Origin: Lama glama
Lineage: Eukaryota
Assembly: GCA_028534125.1 (NCBI GenBank)
Contig: CM052816.1
Coordinates: forward strand, 35,342,001 to 35,406,000
DNA length: 64,000 bases
Reading direction: 5' to 3'
The position numbers and the translations under genes were made by a program. A model generated the notes under the pieces. The model did no database searches. It was not told the origin of the DNA and worked only from the letters and a program-made list of their open reading frames with translations. Below are positions 39,761 through 51,224 of the stretch, piece by piece (the first letter of the stretch is position 1; every line of letters begins with the position of its first letter).

Positions 39761-40220
39761 ATTAGTTTCCTATTGCTGTGGTAACAAATCATGATAAACT
39801 TAGTGGCTTAAAATAACACAAATTTATTATCTTATATTTCTAGACGTCAGAAGTTCAAAAATGGGTCCTAAAGAGCTAAATCAAGGAGGTAGCAGGGCAG
39901 GCTTCCCCTAGGGGCTCTAAGAAGAATCCATTTCTTGCCTTTATCAGTTGCTAGAGACTGCTTTCCATTCCTTGACTCCTGGCCTGTTGTTTCCATCACT
40001 TTAACCTCTGCCTCCGTGGTCACATCTCTTTCTCTGGACTCTAACTCTTTTGTCTTGTTTTATAAAGTCCATTGTTACCATATTGGGTTCTCCCAGGTAA
40101 TTCAGGATAATCTCCCCATCTCAAGACCCTCACCTTGCAAAGTGATATAAGGTAACATATTTACAAGTTCTGGAGATCAGAACATGGATATCTCTGGGGG
40201 GCCATGATTCTGCCTACCAA
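39761..40220 (-). mobile_element. MaLR LTR (MLT1)
   Basis: attagtttcctattgctgtggtaacaaat...aacttagtggcttaaaataacacaaatttattatc...caggataatctccccatctcaaga. Confidence 0.88.
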
Positions 40221-40521
40221 AGTGTTGTCTTTTTTTTTTTTCCATGTTTCTTCACTTGATGTTTGTTGAGCTTCTTGCTTCTGTAGGTTTATAAATTTCA
40301 TTAAACCTGGGAAAATACTTCAAACTTTTTTTTTCCATTTTGCAGCCCATTCTTTCTTTTATGACTGCTTGATACTCTTCTTCAGGTCATGGATGCTCTG
40401 GTTTTTTCCAGTCTTTTTATATTTTTTTCCCTCTGTGGACAGTTTCTGCTGTTACATTTTTAAATCCAACATTTTTAAATCCAAATTTTTTTTTTTAGTG
40501 TCAATCTGCTATTAATTCCAT

Positions 40522-41017
40522 TGTTAATTGAAAAAAAAAGTCATAACATGAGAGTTGTTGGTTAAGTTTTATTTGGGGCAACATGAGGACTACAGCCCAA
40601 GAGACAGCTCTCAGTAAACTCTGAGGAACTGCTCCAAAGACTTAGCGGGGAGGAGGTCAGTATATATATGATTTTCGTGAAGGAGGGATATGTGCAATCA
40701 AGCACACATCTTGGCAGAAGGTTACTGCTAGTCACAAGAAGGTCCCTGCTGGTCAGGGACTAGCAGATATCTCCATTAATGACTTTAGTGCTTTTTTAGA
40801 TATAAGAAGATGTAAGAAATTGGGCTTACAAATTTTTCTCCTGAAAATACCTAACTATCTGAAGGCCTGTTCTGCCAGTTTCCCCCCGAGTGCAGAGTGC
40901 CTCATTCCTGATCTCCATCCTGAATTCCTCTCGGGGTGTGCTGAAGGTCAGAGACTGCAGTAGCTAGTGACCTAACCCTTATAAAGGCAGATGGCGAGTG
41001 ATAACTTTTCGTCTGCA
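40522..41017 (-). mobile_element. ERV1-class solo LTR
   Basis: TG...CA termini; exact TSD ccat (40518-40521, 41018-41021); AATAAA on minus near 40568. Confidence 0.85.
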
Positions 41018-41829
41018 CCATGCAGTATATTTTTCATTCAAGATACTGTTTTCAGATTTCATTCAGATATTGTATTTTCATCTCTAGAAATTTCATTTAG
41101 GTTTTTCTTATATTTTCAGTTTCTCTTCTCGTCATGTTTGTGTGTTGTTCTATCTTCTTGAACAGATGGAATAGATCTACAGTAGCTGTTTTAATAGTTT
41201 GTCTGCTGATTCTAACATACGTGTGATTGATTTTCTCTTAGCTAAGGATCATATTGTACAGCTTTTTGTATGCCTGGTAATTTTTGATTGGATACCAAAC
41301 ATTCTGACTTTTATGTTGTTAAGGATTATATATCTATTTGTTTGTTTGTTTGTTTTCCTTTAATCATCATTGGGCTTTGTTTAGGGACATAGTTAAGTCA
41401 CTTTGAATAAGTTTTAATCATTTTGAGGCTTGCTTTTAAGCATTGGTTTGGACCAGAACAGCCTTTAGTCTAGAGCTAATTTGATCCCATCACCAAGGCA
41501 ACAGATCTTTGAGTGGCTCACCTGATGCACTATGTACTCGGAAATCTTTTCATTTGGACTGGTGTGAACATGACTTACTTCTAGCTATGCATTAATTCCA
41601 GTGATGTTTATGGTTATTCCTTCCTGCTGGTTCATTTCCTGGCCTTGGGTAGCTTCCTTAATGCACACTTACTCAGACAATTACTCAGATGAAGATGTGA
41701 GGAAAGCCCTTTGTAGAGCTATAAAACTTTCTTGCTCCTTCTCCCCATTACCTTGCCCTACAAGTTCTAGCCACCATGGCCTCCTTGGACTTTCAACTCA
41801 TGAAACTGCTGGGCTGTGTTTGGCTCATG

Positions 41830-41914
41830 ACCTGTCCACTGTAACCTCACCTGTCATAAACACAGCTTACTGGACTAGAGCTAGGGCCAATCAGTGAATA
41901 GAAACTGGAATAGA

Positions 41915-41947
<33 letters not shown>

Positions 41948-42350
41948 TTTATCTATCTATCTATCTACCTACCTACCTACCTACATACTTACCTACTTAC
42001 CTATCCAAAGAGAAATGTTTGCAAGAGTCTAAGGGTAATAAGAAAAGATTCAAGGTCTGCATGGCTGGACTACATGTAAACTCGAGCTGGGAGCTGTTAC
42101 ATTCTGTGCAGACCAAGGTAAATTATCCATAGGTACATAGAAGAATGCAGTAGATGGACATTGAGAAGCAGAGATGGCAGAATATGGCCTGGGTTCCTGA
42201 TGATTTTCCTGTTCTTGATTCTAATCTCTTCTTAAATTCCTGACTGTGGGTCCCATAATACCCTTCTGTACCCAACTCTTTTCCTAAAACTAGTTTGCAG
42301 AGATTTGTTACCTCCAACAGACCTGGAATTTGGGTTGTGTGCAATCAACC
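41830..42350. mobile_element. ERVL LTR (MLT2-like) containing a microsatellite
   Basis: gggtcccataatacccttctgtacccaactc...aaactagtttg...ttgttacctccaac. Confidence 0.5.
41915..42005. repeat. (TCTG)n(TCTA)n(CCTA)n tetranucleotide microsatellite
   Basis: Read directly. Confidence 0.95.
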
Positions 42351-43489
42351 ACTGGGCTTCCACATTTGAGTCTCCTTTGCTGCCAGTCAAATGTGATAGA
42401 AGCTCTTTCCACTTCTGTGTGTTTCAGGTTCCAGGACTACTTTTTATTCTGGTCCTGCTACCCTGTCTTACCCCTGCCCGCTTCTCCTAAGTCATTAAAG
42501 TCCTGCTCCCAGAGTTTTGTGTTTGCAGCCCCACTGCCTGATCTGGGGACAGACTTCTAGGATAAGACCCATGTAACTCAAGGATCACTCATTTAGGATT
42601 CCTGATTCTTGTGCCCCTGCCTGAGAAGGATGTGTAGAAATACACTGAAGAGGCTGTCACTCTCCCTACATACCTACATAAAAGGCTAGACCCAAAGGTG
42701 ATACTGACTTTCCTTCTTATAAGGTTTCTGGGCAAAGCAAGCTGTCACACTTAGTGATATTTTTCTTTCCAGTCCAGCCAAAACCATGGGCTGAGTTTGG
42801 CAATGTATCATCCATCACATCTCCCTTTTTCTCTCAAGAGAGCACCTAGCTAATTCCAACCTACATAAAAAGGTGTAATTGAACACATTAATAATGAAGA
42901 CTGCATTGTGCTATTTTCTAGGGTTGCAGACACACTGAAAACTGGGCACTATCAGAATAAAAATGGACAGGTGTTGCCTCCTATATACTGAGTATGTATT
43001 GTTATTAGAGATCATTTTTTCTTTCACATACCCATGTTCATCTCCAGGTGAACATAAATTTCCTAAGACCTGACATAAAACTATTTTTAGCAAAAGGGTG
43101 CATGAGGAAAGTTACAGCAGGTTATTAAAATAGTAGAGAGAAACCTAAATATTGCTGAACAGGTCATAAATGGAGCTTGGAAATGAGTAGTTAGATAGCC
43201 TAAGAGAAATAAAAAAGAAGATTCCATCTGAATTTGGGTTACAATGATCAGACGATTTCATGAATTTACCCAAACTCCCTACAAACATGTTTTAAGAAAG
43301 AGAAGCTTTTTGTGTCTCTAGTGAGTTTTAGATTTTTTGTTTTTTTTAATGAGCTAAAAATCCAAGATTAAAAAAAAAGAGCCAAGATCAATTTCTACCC
43401 TGTAATAATATGCCTTTCCATCCAAACTAGCAAGATATTAAAATAAAAAGTAGGTTATAACCAACTTTTTAAAATGACTACTTATCCTC

Positions 43490-43915
43490 AAATTCCACTT
43501 TAAACAGTAAGAAAAAGCAGCCAAGGACATGAACAGACAAGGTACAAATGACTAAATGTGAGTAACTAATAAACACTGTACATGAAAATATGTTCATCCT
43601 CCTTAACAAAGATGCAAATGGATATCACACCATGGAGCCATTATTTTTCCATCACAGCAATCAAAAGTTTTAAGAAGATAGTATTTGATGCCAGTAAAGG
43701 TACACTGAAATAGTCATATATTGTTGCTGGGAGTGTAAATTGATGCGATCTTTCTCAGAATAAATTTGGCAATAGGTATGAAGACTATTAAACATGCTCA
43801 TACCTTTGACCTAGGATTTTCTCTTCAGAGAGTCTATTCTAGCAAATAATCTGAGATATAGACAAAGATTTATGCACAAAGATGGCTGTAACAGCAAAAT
43901 TTATAAAATATTTTG
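43490..43915 (+). mobile_element. Old L1 ORF2 C-terminal fragment
   Basis: aaggacatgaacagaca...ttgctgggagtgtaaattg...catacctttgacctag...tatgcacaaagatg. Confidence 0.75.
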
Positions 43916-43917
43916 TG

Positions 43918-44450
43918 GTGTCAGAATAATTTTAGCTGCAAATACCAGAAACCCTGACACAAGCTGACGTGAATAAAGAGGAAATTTATCTCACATAACA
44001 GGAAGTACAGAGGAGGAGGTAGGCTTCAGGGTTGTGATTCAGTGGTTCATCAATGTCATCAAAGAACTACGTTCCATTCATCTCTTCTGCATTCCTCAGA
44101 GCTGGCAGACAGTAAGATGGCTGTACACCCACAATTCATAATGTCTATCAGAAGAGAGTGTTTCTTCCTATGACTCTGTCTTACATGTGAGAAAACTTCT
44201 CCAAATCTCTCCATCAGATCTTCCCTTCACATCTAATTGTCTGGAAATGGCCACATGCCATTCCTGAGCCAATCTCTGGGAAGGGGAGTTGTATCATTCT
44301 TAGACCAGTCAGGTCCACTCCTGGACCTGGTAGTGAAATTACTTCTCTTTGTGGTGCAAGGTTACCTCGAAGAGAAGTAAAAGTGGAGGAGAAACATATT
44401 CCTGAACAAAATCATTATTCTTTTTGGAAAACAGGAAGGGCAACCAAAAG
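43918..44450 (-). mobile_element. Ancient MaLR LTR
   Basis: ttagctgcaaataccagaaaccc...ctcacataacaggaagt...tcacatctaattgtctggaa...cacatgcca. Confidence 0.6.
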
Positions 44451-44589
44451 TGTACATTATATACCTAAATGAATTAAACTAGTGGTTTTGTAAAATAAAT
44501 TATGTTCATGTTGTATGGTGGATGATTGTCTATTCATTATAAATGTAGGATTTGAAGAATGCTTAACATAGGAAATTTTTCATGGTTGT

Positions 44590-44962
44590 TGTCTTAGTCT
44601 TCTGGGGATGCCGTAACAAAATACCACAGACTAGGTGGCTTAAACGATGGATATTTACTTCTCACAGTTCTGGAGGCTGGACAGTCTAAGATCAAGGTGC
44701 TGGCTGACTCAGTTTCTGGTGAGAGCTCTCTTCCTGGCTTGTAGATGGCTGCCTTCTTGCTGTGTCCCCACATGTCAGGGAGAGAGAGAGAACTGTTGTC
44801 TCTTCTTATAAGGTCATTAATCTCATCATGAGGGTCCCACTCACATGATCTCATCTAACCCTAATTACTCCCCAAAGGCCCCATCTCCAATCACCATCAC
44901 ACTGGGGATTAGAACTTCAACATAAGAATCTGGAGAGGGAGATAAACATTCAGTCCCTAACA
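44590..44962 (-). mobile_element. MaLR LTR (MLT1A-like), complete
   Basis: tgtcttagtc...aataccacagactaggtggctta...ctcacagttctggaggctgg...aacattcagtccctaaca. Confidence 0.92.
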
Positions 44963-45991
44963 AATGTTATGTAAAAAAAAAAAAAAAATCAGAGAACTAC
45001 TTATATCTACATGCTACGTATGCATATATGGGTTAGTATATACAGAAAAAGATCAGGAAGAAATGGTAAAATGCTGTCTGTGGATTTCTCTGTGTAATAA
45101 AATTATTAATGATTTTCATTATCTTCATTTTTCTGTATATATATTTTTCTACATTAAAAAAGTTACTTTAAAATTTCCACTCATATTTGAGGTTATGGCA
45201 GCTCTAATTTTAGTAAATTGAATCCTCCACTTCTAATTAGTCACGTATATGGTATTTTAATATTTTTGAGAGCGTTCTCTTTGTTCATACTTGTCGGCTG
45301 GGTCCACAAAAGACCAAGTGTGCTGGATTATTTGGTCAAAAAGTCTTTAGAGTCACTGTGTTTTGAATGTTTACACAGTACTCAGTGGAATAGCTATTAT
45401 TTGACTATTGTCATTATCCAAAGATCCAGCTTATCTTTGATATCAGCACCTGTAATGCCTGTGATAAACCTCTGGGCAGCTGTCTACTGTTGGAGCTTGA
45501 TGACATCTGTTTCTAAGAGCACCGGTGACATATTCCTGTATAAGTCTATGGCCCAAGGCCCTCTGACTAGCTATTGCCACACTAACATAACTGAACAAGT
45601 GCGACACTTCTATTCTCAGGCTGAGACCAGCTCATTCAATATTCTTATATTCTGTCCACCTTAAAGGGACACTGGTGAGGTTAGATAGGGAAAAGTTCAA
45701 GGACTGGAAAAGAAAGCCATAGGAAAGCCCTCCTAACAGACAGGTAGGACAATGAACCATTTAGTTTGCCCAAGACAAAGAGGTTCCCCAGGATGTGGGA
45801 CTCTCAGTGCTGAAATCAGGCTGGGTGTGGTGGCAGCATCAGGAGATCCTTAGGAAGCAAAGAGAGAAGTAAAATCCTGTAGGAAGGGGCACTATTGCCC
45901 AGGGATCTCCTACAGAAACCCTGTGCATTGCAAAATTTCTTTTTCTTTTAATTAAGGATTTGATCCTTTTATAAAGTCTACAACCCAAATT

Positions 45992-45997
45992 TTTATT
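45992..45997 (-). terminator. AATAAA poly(A) signal of the putative minus-strand micro-gene
   Basis: tttatt on + strand, ~70 nt past the TAA at 46069. Confidence 0.45.
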
Positions 45998-46068
45998 CAA
46001 CTTTTATCCTCACTTTCAGTTTTCAAGATCTGTTTTCACGGCAACATCATGACCTGAGTAGTTCAACC

Positions 46069-46103
46069 TTAGTATTTGTCGATGTCGGCTATGTTATTTA
46101 AAA
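46069..46103 (-). CDS. Putative last coding exon, (V)LNNIADIDKY-stop
   Basis: Acceptor: T-run then gaaaactttgcAG; phase 1 matches the upstream exon; TAA followed by AATAAA. Confidence 0.45.
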
Positions 46104-47114
46104 CTGCAAAGTTTTCAAAAAAAAAAAAACTTCACATTTTATCTCTCAGTCTCTTCAGAAATCATTCCATGGACTTATGATGCTTATTCTTGATGAACCC
46201 CAGACTATTCAACACATAAAGAGTCTCTGAGAATTTTATCATGGGCTTCATCCTCATGTACAGAGATTATGTACAAAACTATACCTTATTTTTTCAGAAT
46301 TACACAAGTAGATTGCAGTCTGTGTGGTAAGTTACACACTGTCCTATCTTTTTTCACTAAATGTGATGACCAGAGTTGTCAAAAAAATCTTAAAATTTGA
46401 AAATCCCTATATAGCTAGCAATATAGCACACTGTCAAAAACTCTTAAGAGTATGAGAGTTAAAAGCATATTTAAAGAATAAAAGATTCTGAAATTGGGTG
46501 CGACTGAGAAAAAAATGTATTTAATATTTAAATTTACTGCTTCAATCTAGAAAAATTCCTTGAATACTATAGAGGTTAAACTGACTCTAGCGACTTTAGA
46601 CTGATGAGATTCATTTTCTTTGTGTTCCTGAATGAGCACATGAATTCACAACATCATCATCTTAATGCTTTCGTATTTGTTGACTGAATCAGCCTATTCT
46701 CTAGGATGTGCGGCAGGAAAATATATTTGAGAAATTAACTGTATTATTTATCTTTTTATTTCTCCTACTCCCTTTCTCTCCATTCAGACTATGTATTGTT
46801 TGATTAGATGAGGAATGTGGCAGAGAGAACTAGGCTGGTTAACTAGGCTGGTTATCTAGGCAGGTTATCTAAATGGACTCACTAGCCACTTAGAAGTAAG
46901 AGTCTTGTCCTCTAAATATGGTGCAGAAGCAGCAGAGAGCCACTGGTCTTGAAGGAGCTGTGCTAACCAGCACAATGGACTATTCTGCCATAAACTGGGC
47001 AGGTGGGCAATTGATATTCAGAGGGGTGCTTAGAACCACAGCCCAACTGATGAGCGGTAGGTAGGGACTGGAATGAATCCTGGAATTGGGAAGTAAAACT
47101 CCACAAAAAGACTA

Positions 47115-47617
47115 TGTTTAAATTTTCTGAAGGTAAGCAAAATGGGGACTGGCCAAGATGACCTTAACATTCCCATTCTTTAGACAAGCTTCTTCTTGAC
47201 TCTAGGCTCCTGACAGCCTTTTTCTTAGAGTATTTACTCTAGCAAATTTGCAGTTGTAAATCCTTTGTCTCTTTGAAATGTAAATTTTCCACAACTCAGA
47301 AATGTCTTTCTCAAGGACAAGGGAGCCACCCCTTGAAATGGAATCATCAAGAATGACAGATGCCCTGTCTCAGGGTCCCTAGGGGAGGGCAGACTCCTAA
47401 CTTTGGTAAATGACAATTAGTAAGTATGGATTTTCTGGTCACATTGACCAGTCTCCTCTAAAATCCCCCAGTACTTTACCACTAGCTCATCCCAGCATTA
47501 AAAACTCCTCCTGCCTTTTGTTTCAGTGGAACTGATTTCAATTTCTCTCTCCGGCAATTGTCTTGAATAAAGTTTCCCCTGACTATTTAACTGGTCTGGC
47601 ACGATGTTTCTTTTACA
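47115..47617 (+). mobile_element. ERV1 LTR (MER34/MER39-like)
   Basis: ttgtaaatcctttgtctctttgaaatgtaaat...ccttgaaatggaatcatcaag...ttgaataaagt...ttcttttaca. Confidence 0.75.
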
Positions 47618-47799
47618 GGACACAAAAGTAAACAATTAAGCTGTCATATAAAAAACATTAAATTCTATTTATTGTACAGTTCAGTTTGTGGCATAAGACT
47701 TAAAAATAGAAACATTTCTACTCTGTAGCTGGCCCCTGAAATCCCAGATATTCTGCATATTGGAGTCAGATTAAAAAAATAAACTGTTTCCTTATATAC

Positions 47800-47889
47800 C
47801 TGCTTCCTTTTTGGGATAATATTTCTTGTTCTTCTTACCATCAGAGGTGGTTACTGTATCTTCCCTAATTTGATCATTTATATTTCTTT
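47800..47889 (-). CDS. Putative internal exon (90 nt, or 51 nt via the donor at 47838), (E)RNINDQIREDTVTTSD[GKKNKKYYPKKEA]
   Basis: Branch-like TTCTAAC, acceptor ttttatgtcccAG; donors ATG|GTAAGA and CAG|GTATAT, both phase 1; only one frame is open. Confidence 0.45.
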
Positions 47890-48156
47890 CTGGGACATAA
47901 AAGTTGCTATGAAGGTTAGAAGTAGGATCTGCAAACTGAATAGCACAGAGCCTAGACCTTGGTGGACATTCACTCAACTCAGAGAGTTGTATTTTTTCAA
48001 CAAAAGGCCAATACATACCACAGCCCATCAGTAAAGAAGGGAGAGTTCTAATTTTAGGATTTATTTTTCACAGTTTGAGACATAAATTTTCTTTTTAGAT
48101 TACAAAGAACAGAACTAGAATGAAAACATTAAACAGCAGAGACCTTAAAATCCAGT

Positions 48157-48295
48157 GGGGAGGGTATAGCTCAAGTGGTAGAGCACATGCTTAGCATAAA
48201 CAAGGTCCTGGGTTCAATCCCCAGTACCTCCTCTAAAAATAAATAAAGATATAAATCTAATTACCTCCCCAAAACAAACAAAAAACAAACAAACA
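48157..48295 (+). mobile_element. Vic-1-type SINE
   Basis: ggggagggtatagctcaagtggtagagcacatgcttagcataaacaaggtcctgggttcaatccccag; A-rich tail; aaaatcc direct repeat on both sides. Confidence 0.92.
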
Positions 48296-48509
48296 AAAAT
48301 CCCACATAACAAGAATGAGTGCTCTAACAGTTTTCTACTGTTGCTGGAAATAATGACCACAAATATAGTTCCATGGGCACAGTATCTCTCAACTGGGCCT
48401 GCTACTCTGGAATGTATCTTGGAGGTGGCAGTGAAAAGATAGGCTTTAAAAAGTGTTTTACATTTTACCGGTGGTAGGGGGGACATAGCTCAGTGTGCTG
48501 GCATGAACA

Positions 48510-48678
48510 GGAGTAGAAGAAATGAATGAAGAGGAACGTGATCTGGGGCTGGGGGTTAGGTGGAGGGAATAAGATGTGAGGAGGGAAACCAGAAGTAGAA
48601 GAAATGAATGGAGAGGAATGTGATCTGGGGCTGGGGGTCAGGAGGAGGGAATAAGATGTGAGAAGGGAAACCAGAAGT
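48510..48678. repeat. ~83-bp tandem duplication, 2 copies
   Basis: agtagaagaaatgaatg...gatctggggctggggg...gaataagatgtgag...gggaaaccagaagt occurs twice with few differences. Confidence 0.92.
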
Positions 48679-49948
48679 GTATCAAATTAAAGGTTAAATG
48701 GCAAAGAAGACTCAGAAAATCTTAAGTAAGAAGAGGCCAAATAGACTAAGAAACAGTGTTAGGGCCACACAATATCACTGACTAGCTAACATCTTCGGAA
48801 GAAAAATGACTGAGGTTCGTACATTTTTAAAAAGAAACCATTTTCATAAAAGTCAAATCTCACTACCTGGAATCAACCCTGTCATTTCTTAACGCTATTC
48901 AATGACTTATTGAGATCCTTGGTAAGTACACTATATATGTTCGTATATATGTATTCTTCGTGGGGAGGGCTGTTTTTTTTGGCAGGGACGAAGCTCAACC
49001 GCAGATTGAGTAGAAGCTTGACAAACCTAAGGTAGGAAAAAATGCAGAACCAAAGGGGCCCTTGGAGCGTGTTCTATATTCTCTCACAAGCTCAGGGCCT
49101 CTGCTAAAAACACCCACAACCATAGAAAATGCACATTTTATTCTGCTGCTCCTTCCTGCAGATACCAATTTGGAATTTTTAATGAGAAACAAGCTTGCAT
49201 TCATGATCCAAATTTTAAAACCTCTAAGTCACTGTGTAAGAAACAGACTAATAGATTTTGCTTTCCATTGCTTTGGATCAGCTAAAACAATTATGCCCTC
49301 TAGCCTCTAAAATCTGTACTGCAAAGGCCATTTTAAAGGCAGTTGCTTGGCTTTATCTTCCTCATCTTTTGTTCTTGAAGTCAAAAGTCAGCAAAAAAAA
49401 AAAAAAAAAAAAAAAAAGAAAAAGGAAATAGACCCAAGAGGGGGAAAAAATGCCAGCAAAATCGTGGTTCAGATTCACAAAGACCCCCCAGGTGTAAGAA
49501 AAGCAAGCAGCTAATCTCATCTGGCTGCATAAACATGACTATTGTGAGGTTCATTTGCCTTCTTAGCTCTACCAGAAAAAAAAAATTCTAAATTGCTTTT
49601 ACGCTATACTTTTGTGCTCATATTTTAAAAAACCTTATGTATTATAAGAAAAATACTCCCTAAAATATTGCCAAGTAGGAAGTTATCCATCAATTCCTAA
49701 TAAAGGCACATGACTAAACTCATAATGACAAATTATGAAAGTTGCCTGCCTGACCTTCATTAACCATCTGGCATTTAGGATGTTGATCTTTAAAAAGCCA
49801 CCTCGGCATCTATAAAAAGGACTTTGATTTGATCTATTTCTAATTCTTCTTTGAGGCCATCAAGCAGGAGTTTTGAGAACACGTTCTGTTTGTTTATTCG
49901 TTTCTTGGATCCCTTTATGTCCTGTCTGCATGCAAGGGCGCACCTCAC

Positions 49949-50000
49949 CTTGAAAGAACTCATCAGCAGTTCTCTGGAACAGGAGTTTCAATGCCTTCAT
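49949..50000 (-). CDS. Putative first coding exon segment MKALKLLFQRTADEFFQ
   Basis: cccaagATGA (A at -3); strong donor AAG|GTGAGG at 49948; candidate acceptor tttctctcttAG before 50186. Confidence 0.45.
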
Positions 50001-51190
50001 CTTGGGCCACCTTTAACAGAATTTTTTTCTCTCTCTTTGATTTTAAACAGTACATATATTTAAACATCCTAACAACATTCTGGCCAAGTCTCCTTCATGG
50101 AGTTGGAATTCAGATCAGTCAGCAGGTTTTTGAAAATACCTTCCTACCTAGATTGGATCGCCACTCTAACCAACCATAATACATGGCTAAGAGAGAAAAA
50201 ACATCGAGAAAAGACTGTAGTCAATCTAATCTTACTTCTTGGACACAGGCAAAATAACTGGTTTATTTTAGTAAGGGAGACCAGGAGAGAAGAGGCAACA
50301 ACATTAGTGATTAAATGCCTCCAGCAATTAGTTTCTGGGTCTTTCAACCCAAATGACTGATCTGATTTGGTTATCTTAAAGGCTGGTCAGAAATGAAATG
50401 AGAACAGTGGGAGATCGTCCCTGGTATAGAGACGATTTGATTCGTAGCAATAGCTATGTGTATCTGGACATTTTGTGTCACACAAACGTCTCCACTGGAC
50501 ATCTCCACCAGAGAGAACAATAAACTAAAATCACTTTGGAATTCAAAAAGCTGAAACCATCTCGGAACTCTAAAAGATCCTGTCATTTCATAAGTGGAGG
50601 GAGGGAGATGCTCAGGAGGAAGGGCAGCTCAAATCCAGGGGGATCCCCCAAAGCCCCAGATCACTGTCTTCCCGTGACTTATTCTTACATTTTCACTTTT
50701 TTACATTGCTTAACATTCTCATCAATGAGAAATCTATTTGAGTGATTTATAATCAAATCCTTTTATATGTCTCACAAACATCTCTGGGAAGTTAAGGTAA
50801 TCTCTGTCATTCACAAACGTAAGTATTCAACTGGGTGGGGTTGGTTAAAAAAATCTTTGGGAAAGAAAGGGTATTTTGTTTAAGTTTTCAAGATCATATT
50901 GCATGGGAGGAAATTCAGTATGAGTCCTGTTTAGGGGGCCCTCCTCTCTAGCATTACACCTGAATCCCAGGTAGGCTGGTGTTGAGTTCATCAGAATTGC
51001 ACTGAGATCCTCATTACTCATGATTATGTGGTTTTCTGCTGATCATTGCTCCTGCTATCTCTGCACCCAAGTCTAGACCCCACCTCTCCTCCACTTCTTC
51101 TAGGCTCTAGAAGGCATCTATACTTATGGTTGGGTTCTCCCTTCTTATTCAATTAACAGAGCCTGTCTTCTGCATACAGTCCTGCTGCTT

Positions 51191-51224
51191 AAAAAAAAAA
51201 AAGAAGAAGAAGAAGAAGAAGAAG
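51191..51224. repeat. A-run plus (GAA)n microsatellite
   Basis: Read directly. Confidence 0.9.

Larger units (their letters stand above)
38150..41800 (-). mobile_element. Fragmented old L1 interrupted by MER58A, MaLR and ERV1 LTRs
   Basis: T-rich antisense L1 motifs (ctggatgcttttaag, gtttgttgagcttcttg, gtattttcatctctagaa) resume between inserts. Confidence 0.6.

Noticed and set aside
45218..45664. 148-aa hydrophobic ORF
   Set aside because: TTG start and T-rich composition explain it; no gene structure.
46031..46044. RFX X-box-like gttttcacggcaac
   Set aside because: Only one good half-site and no promoter context.
48157..48230. tRNA-like sequence with A and B boxes
   Set aside because: It continues into the SINE body, A-rich tail and flanking repeats, so it is a Vic-1-type SINE rather than a tRNA gene; the same holds for the other copies.
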